From positions 6,777 through 70,776 of the forward strand of contig JBKJLC010000222.1 in assembly GCA_046597055.1 (NCBI GenBank): DNA of 64,000 nt. The letters run 5' to 3'. Origin of the DNA: Kofleriaceae bacterium. Lineage in GTDB: Bacteria > Myxococcota_A > Polyangia > Haliangiales > Haliangiaceae. The position numbers and the translations under genes are program-made. Of this stretch, positions 8,894 to 22,455 are shown piece after piece (positions within the stretch are counted from its first letter, which is position 1; each line of letters opens with the position of its first letter). Below the pieces are notes generated by a model, which saw nothing but the letters and a program-made list of their open reading frames with translations, had not been told where the DNA came from and did not search any database.

Positions 8894-10834
8894 TCAGGCC
8901 ACCGCGCCCCCCTCCTCGTCGAGCACCCCGCGCAGCGTGGCGAGCAGCGTCGCGATGGCCAGCGGCTTGGCGAGCGAGGCACGGGTCCCCGCCATTGGCT
9001 CGGGGTGCCCGGTGATGCCGATGATCTTGATCCGCGGATCGTGGGCGAGCAGCTCGGGCAACGCCGCGGTGCCTGACATCCTCGGCATCGCCTGGTCGAG
9101 GATGACCGCGTCGAAGCGGGCGCCGGGCGCCCGGAACTGCTCGACCGCGTCGCGGCCGTCGGTCGCGGTGGTCACGCGATAGCCGGCCTCGCGCAGGACC
9201 CGCCCGATGATGCTCCGCAGCGCGTCCTCGTCGTCCACGACCAGGACGTGCTCGCTGCCGCGGACCAGGTCCGGCAGCGAGGTCGCCGCCGGCGCCGGCG
9301 GTTCGGCGGCGCTCGCCGGCAACAGGATCGTGAACGTGGTGCCCTGGCCCAGGCGCGACGCGCATGCGACGAAGCCGCCGGCGTCGCGCACGGCGCCGAA
9401 CGCGCTGGAGAGCCCGATGCCGGTGCCCTTGCCGATCGGCTTGGTGGTGAAGAACGGCTCGAACACGCGCTGGCGCGTCGCCTCGTCCATGCCGCAGCCG
9501 TTGTCGCTGACCTGGATGCGAACGTGCTCGAGGTGCTGGGGCGATCCCTGGGCCTGCAACAGGGGCGCGCCCGCCGCGACCCGGTCGATCACGACGTCGA
9601 TGTGCGGCTCGCGGCCGGTGGTCTCCAGCGCATCGCGGGCGTTGAGGAGCATGTTCAGCACCGCCTGCTCGAGCTGGACCGCGTCGATCTCGACCGGCGG
9701 CAGCGACGGCGCGGCCGCGACGGTCACGTCGATGCGGTGGTCGAGGGCGCTGCGAGCAATGGCGATGGTCCGCCCGACCACGTCGGCCACCTGCGTGGCG
9801 CCCGAAGCCGCGCGTGGCCGGTTGCCCGCGAACTGCATGAGCTGCCGGACGAGCTCGGCGGCGCGGACGGAGGCCGCGCGCGCCGCGTCGATCAGTGGGT
9901 GCGCGTCGGTCGGGGCGCTGCACATCGCCAGCTCGAGCGACGGCAGGATGACGGCCAGCATGTTGTTGAAGTTGTGCGCGACCCCGGCCGTGAGCCGGCC
10001 GACGGCCTCGAGGTTCTGGGCCTGCCGGGCCTGCTCGTCGGTCGCGCGCCGCTGGGTCACGTCGAGGAAGCCGCCGATGACCGTGGCGATGCGGCCGCCG
10101 TCGTCGCGCAGGGCTGCGCCCTGCGACGCTACCCAACGCACCGTCCCGTCGCGCCGGACGATCCGGAACTCGAAGGGCAGCGGCAAGCCGCCGGCCTCGA
10201 GCTCGGCCAGGACGGCGCGCACGCGCGCCTGGTCGTCGGGGTGGATGAGGGTCAGGAGCGCCGCGGAGCTGCGCGTGCCCTCGTCCGCGCGAAGGCCTGC
10301 GATCCGGCCGCAGGTCTCGTCCCAGGTCAGACGATCGGTCGCGACCTCCCACGACCACAGCCCCATGCCGCTGGCGCTGACGGACAGCCGCAGCTTGGCC
10401 TCGCTCTCCCGCAGCTCGTGCTCGGCGCGCTTCATCGCGCTGACGTCGGTGAGCACGAGCGTGAGCGCGGCGACCCGGTCCCCGTCGCGGATCGGGCCGA
10501 CCCGCACGAAGAAGTACGCGCCGATGCCCTGCGCCTCGTACGCATCGGGAACCCCGGTGGCGATCACGCGCGCATAGCAGTCGCGCGCGACCTGGTGAAA
10601 CGGCGCCGCGATGAACTCGAAGACACTGTGACCGACCAAGTCCTCGGGGCGATAGCCCTCGCCGGTCCGGTTGACGTACAGCACCGTGCCGTCCGACGCG
10701 ATCCGCACGATGAAGTCCGGCGCGCTATCGAGGATCGAGCGCAGGAAGCCGGCGTCCGCCCCGAGCCTCGCCACCTCGCGCTCGAGCTCGGTGATCCGTC
10801 GCGTTGGGTCTGCGTGCGTCATCGCGCTGGACAT
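8894..10834 (-). CDS. Hybrid sensor histidine kinase (2 PAS + HisKA + HATPase + receiver)
   Basis: Two PAS-like segments are present. The H-box is 'GVAHNFNNMLAVI' and the ATPase motifs are 'DNGCGMD' and 'GTGIGLS'. The C-terminal receiver is 'VLVVDDEDALR...AVILDQAMPRMSG...AKP'. Confidence 0.85.
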   Translation of the reverse strand: MSSAMTHADPTRRITELEREVARLGADAGFLRSILDSAPDFIVRIASDGTVLYVNRTGEGYRPEDLVGHSVFEFIAAPFHQVARDCYARVIATGVPDAYEAQGIGAYFFVRVGPIRDGDRVAALTLVLTDVSAMKRAEHELRESEAKLRLSVSASGMGLWSWEVATDRLTWDETCGRIAGLRADEGTRSSAALLTLIHPDDQARVRAVLAELEAGGLPLPFEFRIVRRDGTVRWVASQGAALRDDGGRIATVIGGFLDVTQRRATDEQARQAQNLEAVGRLTAGVAHNFNNMLAVILPSLELAMCSAPTDAHPLIDAARAASVRAAELVRQLMQFAGNRPRAASGATQVADVVGRTIAIARSALDHRIDVTVAAAPSLPPVEIDAVQLEQAVLNMLLNARDALETTGREPHIDVVIDRVAAGAPLLQAQGSPQHLEHVRIQVSDNGCGMDEATRQRVFEPFFTTKPIGKGTGIGLSSAFGAVRDAGGFVACASRLGQGTTFTILLPASAAEPPAPAATSLPDLVRGSEHVLVVDDEDALRSIIGRVLREAGYRVTTATDGRDAVEQFRAPGARFDAVILDQAMPRMSGTAALPELLAHDPRIKIIGITGHPEPMAGTRASLAKPLAIATLLATLRGVLDEEGGAVA

Positions 10835-11105
10835 TCTGCCCGGTCCCGGCCGGTCACGGTGGCGCGACCGGGCGTTCTCGACGCTGGGAGATGCCCCGAT
10901 CAGGTCGCGGCTGGCCCGGGCCGCAATCGGCGGCCACGGCTCGCAGCGCCTGGCGGTCGCTGCGCTCGGCTCGACAGCCCGGCCCTATCGTCGCCTGATA
11001 GTCGGCGCGGCGCGCCCTGCTTGTCGACCGTCCAGGCTACGATCGTCCGCTGAGCCTCCCGGTCCGGGAGGCGCGAACCTTCGACGGGGGAGGCACTACG
11101 TGCGC

Positions 11106-11387
11106 ATGAAGACGTCCTGGAGCCTGGTGTTCGCCGCGGCCGTTGCGATCGGCTGTTCGAAGCCTGCGGCCCCGCCCGGGTCGCCGACCGGTGGCGGCGA
11201 GGTCACGCCCGCGGATGGCGCCACCGAGGGGGCCAAGGTCGTCTGCCACCTCTCCTGTTCCGGAACCGAGGCCAAGGGCTACGGCGCGACCGAGGAGGAA
11301 GCCCGCACCGACGTCGGCCAGCACATCAAGACGAACTGCAAGCCCGAGGACGGGCAGTACTTCATCTTCTGCGATCCGCCGAAGTAG
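11106..11387 (+). CDS. Small lipoprotein (93 aa)
   Basis: ATG at 11106 is preceded by GGGGGAGG. The signal and lipobox are 'FAAAVAIGC'. Six Cys including the lipobox Cys. Confidence 0.6.
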   Translation: MKTSWSLVFAAAVAIGCSKPAAPPGSPTGGGEVTPADGATEGAKVVCHLSCSGTEAKGYGATEEEARTDVGQHIKTNCKPEDGQYFIFCDPPK

Positions 11388-12377
11388 CCGCACACGGCCC
11401 GATCGGCGCCGGCGCTGGGGTAGATGCGGTGGTGCCAGACGGACACCGCCTGCCGTGCGACGGCGGTGGTCAGTCCAGACGGGGCTGGCCGGCGCCCGGT
11501 GGGCACCGACTACGTCTGTCAGGCCTGCGGGTACGCAGTGACGATCAGCCAGCCGGGCAACGCTGCGATCGACGGCGAGGCACGGCGGATCGTTGATGCA
11601 ATTTCGACGCGGTGCATTAGGGTGACGACGTGCTCACCGCCGCCGCTGCTGACGTCGATGTCGACGCCGCGCTCGTCCACCTGGCTGCGCACGGCTGGGC
11701 GCGGATCGGCGTGGTCGCCGCCCCCGACGCCTTGTCCGCCCTGCGGACGAGCGCCGACGCGCTGATGGACGTACCCCGGGCCGGGCTGTTCTACCAGCAC
11801 GACTCGGCGACCGGCGCCTACGAGGACCTCAGGTTCCGCGATGGCCACATCGGGGCGTCGCGCGCGTACCGCAAGATCGAGGGCCTCGAGCGCGATCCGG
11901 CGATGCTGGCGTGGATCGAGAACCCGCTGTTCGCGCGGATCGCGGCCGCGGCGATCGCCGGACCGGTGGCGGTCTGTCGCGCGGTGCTGTGGAACAAGAT
12001 CGCGCAGGGCGGCACCGAGCTGCCGTGGCACCAGGACGGCGGCAAGTTCTGGGGACTGACCGCGCAGCCGACGCTGCAGGTCTGGACCGCGCTCGACGAC
12101 GCGCCGGTCGCCAGTGGTTGCGTCGAGGTGGTGCCCGGGACCCACGCCGGCGGCCTGGCCACCCGCGAGGGCGGCACGATCCCGGCGGCGCTGTCGGAGC
12201 CGCGGCTGGCCGACGCGATCATGCTGCCGGCGGTCGCTGGCGAGGTGCTGCTGCTGCACAACCTGGTGTGGCACCGGTCGCGGCGCAACACGACCGATCA
12301 CGCGCGGCGCGCGCTGTCGGTGTGCCTGATGAGCAACGACGTGCGCTGCACCCGGACCCGGCGCGCGCCCCGCCAGT

Positions 12378-13897
<1,520 letters not shown>

Positions 13898-13901
<4 letters not shown>

Positions 13902-14617
13902 GCGCGGTGGAGCCCGTCAGCGGCCCGGACCAGCGCGGCCGCGGGGTCGCGGTCGACGGTGGCGCCGTGACCGGGGATGACCCGGGCCAGCCCGGCGGTG
14001 CTCGCGAGCCGACGCAGGTGCGCGGCGTAGGTCGCCTTGTCCTTGACGATAAACACGCGCGCGGTCCGGGTGACCTTGGGGCCGCCGGTGGAGCCGATGA
14101 GCTTCACGAGCGCGCCCTTCACGCCCGGCAGCTGGTCGGGCAGGTTCATCAGCGCGTCGTTGAAGATCAACGTGATCTGGCCGCCCGGGTCGCGATGAGC
14201 GAACACCGCCTCGGCCGGTACGCCGTCGAGCGGCTGCCACGACAGGGCGCCGCCGGTCGGCATGAGGTCGTAGCCGCCGTCGACCGGGACCGCCTTGGCG
14301 ACCCGGCCCGCCGCGGCCGGCATCGCGACCACCCGCGCCGCCGGGTAACGCGTCTTCCACGCCGGCGCGTCGAGCCGGTGCACCCCGTTGGGCACGATGA
14401 TCCAGCCGATCGGCCCCAGCGCGTCGATCGCCTGCATGGTCGACGCGTCGCACGCGATCACGCTGTGCGCGGCCAGGCTGCCGTCGGGCAGGCGCGCGAT
14501 CGTCATGCGCCGGCCGATCGGCAACAGGTCGAGGGTCGCCTCGACGGTCCACAGCCCCTCGGCGAGGTGCGTGAGCGGGCCGTGCGCGGCGGGAGTCCAG
14601 GGTCGGGTCGAGGCCAT
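13898..14617 (-). CDS. DUF4336-like (metallo-beta-lactamase-fold) protein
   Basis: Track ORF trimmed to MASTRPW. The pattern 'GLWTVEATLDLLPIGRRMTIARLPDGSLAAHSVI...IGWIIVPNGVHRLD..WKTRYPAA' recalls DUF4336. Its stop overlaps the photolyase ATG (ATGA at 13898-13901). Confidence 0.55.
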
Positions 14618-17320
14618 GCCGGTGCGATGTTCGCCGGCCGCGGATCGTGGCGCCAGCGGTGGCACCGCCGACTTCGTGCGAGACTCGGCTCATGATCGGG
14701 TCGCACCGCCGCGTCGCCCGCGCCGGGCTCGCGCTTGCGACGCTGGTGGCCGGGCCGGCCCGCGCCGACGAGCCCCGTACGCCGCCCGCCCCCCGCGCGC
14801 GGTTCGGCCTCGGTGAGGCGACCCGGCCGCCGCCGCCCAACCGCCATCTGTTCGAGCTCGGCGCCGCGCCGGCGCGACCGGCGACCTGCGAGGAAGCCCG
14901 GTCGTTACCCTGCCCGTCCGGGCCCGAAGCGGCCGAGGCCGCGCCGGCGGCGGTGACCACCCGGCGGTCGGCCGCGCGCCTGGCCCGGCTACCGCTTGGC
15001 GACGCCGACCTCGACGACGCCGCCGGGCTGGTGGTCGGCGCCGGCCGCGACGATCTTGGGCCCTTCTTCGCCGGCGCGACCGGCGCCGAGCACCGCTGGC
15101 TGCTCGACGGCGCCCCGATCGAGTCGGCGCGCTCGGGCGCGCTCGCGACCCGGGTGCCGCTGGCGTTCCTCGACGCGGTCACCGTGACCACCGGCGGCTT
15201 CTCGGCGCGCGATGCGGCGACCACCGGCGCGGTGATCGATGCGACCTTGCGCGAAGGCGGCGAGCGCACCCGCGCGGTCGGCGCGGTCTGGCTGGGCGCC
15301 GGGCTGACCCCGCGACCGCTGCCCCGCGCGCGTGGCGAGTACCGGCCGTTCGAGGGCCGCCTCGAGGATCTGCGCACGCTGTCGGCGGTCGCGGTCGGCG
15401 ATGGCACGCTCGCGCAGGTCGGCGGCGCCCGCCTGTGGTGGGCGGCCGGCGTGGCCCCGCGGCTCGACGATCAGTCCCTGATCCGCGACGCATTTCGCCG
15501 GGTCGATCGCGACGGCGACGGCGGGCCCGACACCGACCGCACCGGCCGGCTGGTCCACGAGCGCATCGGCACGCTCGACCGCGACGGCCTGGGCTATTCG
15601 GTCCCGGTGCTGGCCCGGCTCGGCCTGCGCGGCGCGCACCAGCAGCTCGCGCTGACCGCGCTGGTGACCGCCGGCCGCGAGCTACGCTGGACCCCGATGG
15701 CCGAGGACAGCGCGGCCGGGGTCGAGCGCGAGCTCCGCGGCGCCGATGTCAGCGCGACCTGGCGCGGCCGCTGGGGCGCGACCGCGGCCCGCGCGCAGGC
15801 GTCGTGGCACCGCGACGGACGCGAGGAAGCGGCGCACGCCGGCGGCGACCCGCCGTCGATCGGCTACGCCTACGTGCCGGCGCCGAGCCCCGGGCTGACC
15901 GCCGGCGACGCCGCGGTGCGCGCGGCCTGCGAAGCCGGCGGCGCCTTCGCGAGCTGCCCGATCGAGACCGGCTACTACGCGACCGGGGGCGTCGGGCGCA
16001 CGATCGATACCGTGCAGGATCGGCCCCGGGTCACCGCCGAGCTCACCCACACGCTCGCCGAGCACACGCTCAGCCTCGGCGTCAGCGGTGAGGACGCCCG
16101 CCTGCGCCTGCGCAACCGGTTCTCGGGCGGGTTCCTGCGCCAGCAACTCGGCGAGGGCGCGTTCCTCGACTACCGGCTGGTCGCGATCGACATCGCCGGG
16201 ACCGACACCTGTGGCGTCGGCATCGCCTGCCGCTGGCTCGACGTGCACGAGCGCACGATCCGGACCCGGCACGCGGCGCTGTGGCTCGCCGACACCTGGC
16301 GACCGGGGCCGGCGATCGCGGTCGAGTACGGCGTGCGCGGCGAGACCAGCCGGATCGGCGAGTCGGTCCGGGTCCACGACGTGCTGCCGCGGCTGGGCGC
16401 GGCCTGGGACTTTCTCGGCAAGGGCCGCGCGCGTGGCTACGCCGGCTGGGGCCGCTACGCGGCGCTGCTCCCGGCCGGCGCGGGCGAGCGGATCTTCGGG
16501 GGCCCGTCGGTCTACCAGGAGATCACGTTCGGCGATCAGCGCGCGACCGGCCTGGCGGTCCCCGACGACCTGCCGGTGTACGGCCAGCCGCGCGGCGTGC
16601 GGATCGACGAGGCGCTGGCCGGCGTCGAGGTCGGGCTCGCCGACGTCGCGCGGGTCGGCGGCTGGGCCCGCCACCGCCACCTCGGCCGCACGCTCGAGGA
16701 CGACCAGGGCCAGCTCACCACCGGCGGCCACCTGACCGGCGTGCGCGCGACCCGCGACCTCACCGAGCTCGCGATCACCGCCGAGAACGCCCCGACCGCG
16801 CAGGTCCACGTCCGCGCCGGGTACGCGTGGTCGCGGCTGCGCGGCAACTGGCCGGGCCCGTGGGATCCGTTCGAGGGCCTCACGCTCTACACGTCGAGCT
16901 TGTTCGCGGCCGCGCCCACCAACGCGACCGGGCCGCTGCCCGGCGATCAGCCGCACCGGTTCTTCGCCGAGCTCGCCGGCGGCGGGCACGCGTGGGGCTT
17001 CGCGCTCGAGGCGTCGGTGCGCGCGACCGCGGCGTCGGGCCGCGCGATCAGCACGCGCGGGCGCGGCGAGACCCTGGCCTTCCTGCTACCGCGCGGCAGC
17101 GGGGGCCGGCTGCCGACCGTCGCCCAGACCAACCTGCACCTCGGGGCCCGCCGCGGCCGGGTCGCCGTGATGCTCGACGTCTTCAACCTGTTCGATCGAC
17201 GCGGCGTGACCGCGGTCGACGAGCTGTACACGCCCGACGCCCAGCAGCCGATCGCGGGCGGTGACGCCAGCGACCTGGTGTTCCTGAAGGACGCCGGGTC
17301 CGACGGGCAAGCGCCGCGGA

Positions 17321-18604
<1,284 letters not shown>

Positions 18605-18709
18605 TGGCGGCGGACCCTGCCACAGAGCCCCCGCCGCGTCTAGCTATCTCCCCGGTCGGGTCACCCGAGACGAGGCAGCCTCAGGCTGCCGCCGGGGCCG
18701 GGGGCGCGC

Positions 18710-19315
18710 TCACAGATCCTCGTCCTCGCCAGCGCCGAGCTGGCCGATCCGCTTGTCCTTCTTCTCGGCGTCGTCGTCGCCGAACAGCCGGACCCGGCGC
18801 TGGTTGCGGTTGTGGCCGATCGCGTAGACCACGCCGGCGATGCCCGACAGCGGCAGCACGACCATGAGCACCGGCATCAACAGGAACATGGGGATGATCG
18901 AGGTGACGATCGCCGTCAGCAGCACGTAGATCACCGAGGCCGGCACCGCCTCGCGCCACGCGCCGGCGTACAGCCAGCCGAGCGGCCCGAACAGGAACGA
19001 GGCGCCGCCCGAGATCAGCCACGACTTCTCGCCAGCCTCGCGCGGCCGGCTGAGCTCGTGCTTGGCGTCGGCGGCGCGGCGCGCCAGCGCGAGCGCGTCG
19101 TCGAGATCCGCGCCCGTGCGACCGCGCGGCCTGGCCTTGACGATCGCGGCCTGGCGCGACCGCAGCTCGTCGGCGTCAGTCTGCGACCGCGCCCGCTGGG
19201 CGCGAACCTTCGCTTCGGCGTCGGTCTTGCGGCGGCGGGCCCCATCGGCCTCGGCCTTGACCTCCGCCTCGAGCCGGCCGAGCCGGGCCAGCGCGTCGTC
19301 TTCGTCGGTCGCCAC
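18710..19315 (-). CDS. Hypothetical membrane protein (N-terminal charged coiled-coil, C-terminal TM helices)
   Basis: Track ORF 18710..19363(-). The first 16 codons have poor GC3, so the start is probably the GTG at 19315 (VATDEDDALARL...). The start is uncertain. Hydrophobic helices 'LISGGASFLFGPLGWLYAG' and 'VIYVLLTAIVTSIIPMFLLMPVLMVVLPLSGIAGVVYAI' are present. Confidence 0.5.
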   Translation of the reverse strand: MATDEDDALARLGRLEAEVKAEADGARRRKTDAEAKVRAQRARSQTDADELRSRQAAIVKARPRGRTGADLDDALALARRAADAKHELSRPREAGEKSWLISGGASFLFGPLGWLYAGAWREAVPASVIYVLLTAIVTSIIPMFLLMPVLMVVLPLSGIAGVVYAIGHNRNQRRVRLFGDDDAEKKDKRIGQLGAGEDEDL

Positions 19316-19386
19316 CCGCGAACTATGGCATGATCGCGCGTTCCGGCCGCAACGGAGCTCCAACCACGATGATGCAAGCTGCTGTC

Positions 19387-19755
19387 ATGAGGTTGCTGAT
19401 GGTCTCCCTCGTGTCGCTCGCGACCGCGGCGTGCGGCGGTGATCCGCTGCCGGCCGCGGGCCCGGCGCGCAGCCGCACCGCCACGGCGGGCGCGGCCAGC
19501 AAGCCGGCCGCGCCGGGCAAGGGCGAGGCCGCGCGCCGCGCCCGCGCGGAGCACCGCACCGCCGAGCCCGACGACGTGCCGTCGAAGGGCAAGAAGTGGG
19601 GCGGCTGGAAGTACCAGGGCCCCGCCGACGACTGCTTCTACCTCGTCAAGCGCAAGTGCTTCACCGCGCTCGACGACGCCTGCGACGCGGCCCGCTGCGG
19701 CAAGAAGACCTGCGTGCCCGAGGGCGCCGGTCCCGCCAGCGTCCGCTGCGAGTGA
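19387..19755 (+). CDS. Small Cys-containing lipoprotein
   Basis: Track ORF trimmed to the ATG at 19387 (MRLLMVSLVSLATAAC lipobox). The C-terminal Cys-rich module is 'DDCFYLVKRKCFTALDDACDAARCGKKTCVPEG'. Confidence 0.6.
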   Translation: MRLLMVSLVSLATAACGGDPLPAAGPARSRTATAGAASKPAAPGKGEAARRARAEHRTAEPDDVPSKGKKWGGWKYQGPADDCFYLVKRKCFTALDDACDAARCGKKTCVPEGAGPASVRCE

Positions 19756-19771
19756 CCGCTGCGAGTGACCG

Positions 19772-20833
19772 TCAGGCGGCGGCGCGGTAGCCGCGCGCGG
19801 TGACGACCTTGGGGATCCGGACCCGCGGGCCGACCTTCACCGAGATCCGACGCACGTTGCGGTAGTACTCGCCGTCGATCACCGGCTCGAGCAGCTCGTC
19901 CGACGTGGCCTCGATGACCATCTCGCGGCAGGGCCGGTCGACGATGGCGCGCCCGCGCATCTCACCGCCGCGCGCCATGCGCGGCAGGTTCATGGCGACG
20001 CCCCACGGGCTCGGGGTGCCGACGATCGCGTTCATCAGGCCCGCGTGATCGGCCTTGCCGAAGAACTTGAGCACGTTGCCCAGGTTGATCGACATCGACG
20101 CGACGTGGATGCCGGTGAACTCGTCGCCGGGCAGGATCATCCCGTCGACGGTCACGCGGGCCTTGGTCGGACGGAAGATGTCGTCGGCGTAGCCGGCGAG
20201 CTGACGCACGCCCGGCACGTGGCGCAGCGCGGTCATCGCGACCGGCATCGAGAGGATCGTTCGACCAACGACCTTCATGATTGTGCGCGGGTTGGGATCG
20301 GCATCCTCGTAGTACTTGGCGAAGAAGCGCTGGCCGACGCCGCCCGCCGCGACCGCGAAGCCATAGGTGCGGAACGGACGATCGCCGTCCGGGGTCGCCT
20401 CGATGCCGTCGATCACCATCGAGTCGACCTCGGTCTCCTCGACCCGCAGGCCACCCTCGATCTTCGCGCGCAGGCTGGCGAGCAGGCCCTCGGCGTCGCC
20501 CTTGATGCCGACGTTGTTGGCGATGAAGTCGATGGTCCCGCCGTTGGTCGGCATGGTCAGCGGCATTGTCACCTGCTCGCCGGCGAACTCCTCCTCCTGG
20601 AGAACCTCCATGCCCATGCGCAGCATCCAGTGCAGCGCGCCGTCACCGCCATCGGCGACCCAGTAGCGCGCGCGCTTGCGCAGGAAGTCGCGCAGCACCG
20701 GCTTGATCGACTCGAGCGTCTGGGTCTCGTGGACCTCCCCGAGGTCGCCGACGATCGACTGCAGACGGCGCGCGCGATCTGGCTTGCCCTTGTTCTTGCG
20801 ACTGTTGGGGTTGGTGATGACGCCGATTTGCAT
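19772..20833 (-). CDS. Diacylglycerol/lipid kinase catalytic-domain family protein
   Basis: Track ORF trimmed to the ATG at 20831-20833 (MQIGVITNPNSRKNKGK). 'WVADGGDGALHW' is the GGDG motif of the DAGK/NAD-kinase-like fold. Confidence 0.65.
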   Translation of the reverse strand: MQIGVITNPNSRKNKGKPDRARRLQSIVGDLGEVHETQTLESIKPVLRDFLRKRARYWVADGGDGALHWMLRMGMEVLQEEEFAGEQVTMPLTMPTNGGTIDFIANNVGIKGDAEGLLASLRAKIEGGLRVEETEVDSMVIDGIEATPDGDRPFRTYGFAVAAGGVGQRFFAKYYEDADPNPRTIMKVVGRTILSMPVAMTALRHVPGVRQLAGYADDIFRPTKARVTVDGMILPGDEFTGIHVASMSINLGNVLKFFGKADHAGLMNAIVGTPSPWGVAMNLPRMARGGEMRGRAIVDRPCREMVIEATSDELLEPVIDGEYYRNVRRISVKVGPRVRIPKVVTARGYRAAA

Positions 20834-21040
20834 GTGGGTTACTCCGCTGGCCGACACGCGCCGGGCAGTCCCGCTATTTGCAAGAACCAGGCGCATCGAC
20901 GCGGTGCGTAAACCGTCGGAAAGACGCGCATAGGCTAACGTCGTTCAGCCTCCAGGCGCGAAATCGGTTACGCGATCGCGTCGAGAGTGTGTAGCGGCTG
21001 TGGCGGGCACGGCGCCCGGCGCCTCACCGCGGCGGAGGGA

Positions 21041-21832
21041 TCAACGCCCAGTGAACGTGGGTGTGCGCTTCTCGAGCAGCGCCGCGATGCCCTCGCTGGC
21101 ATCGTTCGACTGCAGTGACTCGGCCTGTGCGAACGACTCCGCGTAGGCGGCGTCGCGCACGTTCCAGCCCAGGCCGCGATAGAGCGAGCGCTTGGTCTCG
21201 CGCACCGCCGCCGGCGCCGAGGTCGCGATGGCCGCGGCGAGCTCGAGCGCGCGCGGCAGGACCTCGTCCGCGGGCACGGCCGATGACAGGAGGCCGATCC
21301 GCTCGGCCTCGTCACCCTCGACCAGCCGGCCGGTGAACAACATCTCGGCCGCGCGCGAGACGCCGACCAGGCGCGGCAGGACATAGGAGATGCCCATGCC
21401 GGAGGTCAGGCCGAGCCGCGTGAAGTTGGCGCCGTAGCGTGCGGCGCGCGCCCCGATGCGGATGTCGCAGCACAGCGCCAGGCCGAAGCCACCGCCGACG
21501 GTGTGACCGTTGAGCGCGCCGATCACCGGCACCGCCAGGTCGGTCACCGACAGGAACGGCTGGTACATCGCGAAGCTGCGCTCGTGCGCGGTGCGGGCCG
21601 GACCGTCGTCGCGCTGCACCCCCGACTTGAAGTCGGCGCCGGCCGAGAAGCACGGCCCGGTCCCGGTGATCACGAGGCAGCGCAGCTCGGCGGTGCGGGC
21701 CTGGTCGACGGCGCGCGCGAACGCGTCGAGCAACTCGGGCGTCATGCTGTTGCGGTTGTCGGGCCTCGACAGGGTGATGATCCCGATCGCACCCTGCATC
21801 TCGAACACGACGGCGTCGCTCATTGCCACCAT
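21041..21832 (-). CDS. Enoyl-CoA hydratase/isomerase (crotonase) family
   Basis: 'ITLSRPDNRNSM', 'VITGTGPCFSAGADFK' and 'IGALNGHTVGGGFGLALCCDIRI' are crotonase oxyanion-hole motifs. Confidence 0.85.
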   Translation of the reverse strand: MVAMSDAVVFEMQGAIGIITLSRPDNRNSMTPELLDAFARAVDQARTAELRCLVITGTGPCFSAGADFKSGVQRDDGPARTAHERSFAMYQPFLSVTDLAVPVIGALNGHTVGGGFGLALCCDIRIGARAARYGANFTRLGLTSGMGISYVLPRLVGVSRAAEMLFTGRLVEGDEAERIGLLSSAVPADEVLPRALELAAAIATSAPAAVRETKRSLYRGLGWNVRDAAYAESFAQAESLQSNDASEGIAALLEKRTPTFTGR

Positions 21833-21990
21833 CTACCACCGCGCCAGGCCGGCCGTCGATCATCGAGCGGGGCGCGCGCCGGTGACGGTGGCTCGGACCG
21901 GCTGCTGAGGCATGCACCCCGCAGGCCGAGAGAGGGATTGTTTGGCTCGCGTCCGGTCGCGCCCGGGCGGCCGGCCATAGAGTCCGACCC

Positions 21991-22455
21991 ATGTTCCTCC
22001 GAGCCCCCGTGTGGGCGGCCGCGGCCCTGGTCGCGATCGCAGCATGTCAATCAGGTCCGCCGCAGCGCGCCGAGCCCGCCGCGAGCGCGCATCCCAAGCC
22101 GAGCGCGCCGGTCGCGGTGAAGGTCGACGCCCAGCCGCTCGGAGGCAACGCCTACCAGGTCACGATGACCGCGACGCCCGCGGTGGCGGTGCCGTCGCTC
22201 GAGCTCGAGCTCGACGGGCGCCGCCAGGTGGTGGGCCCGACCGCCGCGGGTCAGCCGCGCGCGATGACCGCGCGGGTCCAGCTCGGCGTCGGCCGTGGCC
22301 GCGAGGTCGCGGCCAGCGCCTCGGTCATGGTGGGCGGACATCGCCGCCGCGCCGCCGCGGTCGTGCAGGTGGGGACGGTGCCGGTGGTGGCGCGCGAGCG
22401 GATCAACATCGTCCGACTTCCGGACGGCTCCGAGGCGGCCGAGGTGCGCCAGTGA
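21991..22455 (+). CDS. Lipoprotein, function unknown
   Basis: MFLRAPVWAAAALVAIAAC lipobox. Its stop overlaps the GTG of the next gene (GTGA at 22452-22455). Confidence 0.6.
   Translation: MFLRAPVWAAAALVAIAACQSGPPQRAEPAASAHPKPSAPVAVKVDAQPLGGNAYQVTMTATPAVAVPSLELELDGRRQVVGPTAAGQPRAMTARVQLGVGRGREVAASASVMVGGHRRRAAAVVQVGTVPVVARERINIVRLPDGSEAAEVRQ

Noticed and set aside
11424-11765. 113-aa ORF with a CxxC ('YVCQACGY') in the intergenic region before the PhyH gene.
   Set aside because: Codon bias is poor in its middle. It runs out of frame into the PhyH gene, its tail is Pro/Ser/Arg-rich and it has no RBS. It is likely non-coding.
20870-20892. Sigma54-like 'GGCAG...TTTGCA' upstream of the lipid-kinase-like gene.
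   Set aside because: The GG-to-GC spacing is 14 nt rather than 10. It is also on the strand pointing away from any nearby gene start.
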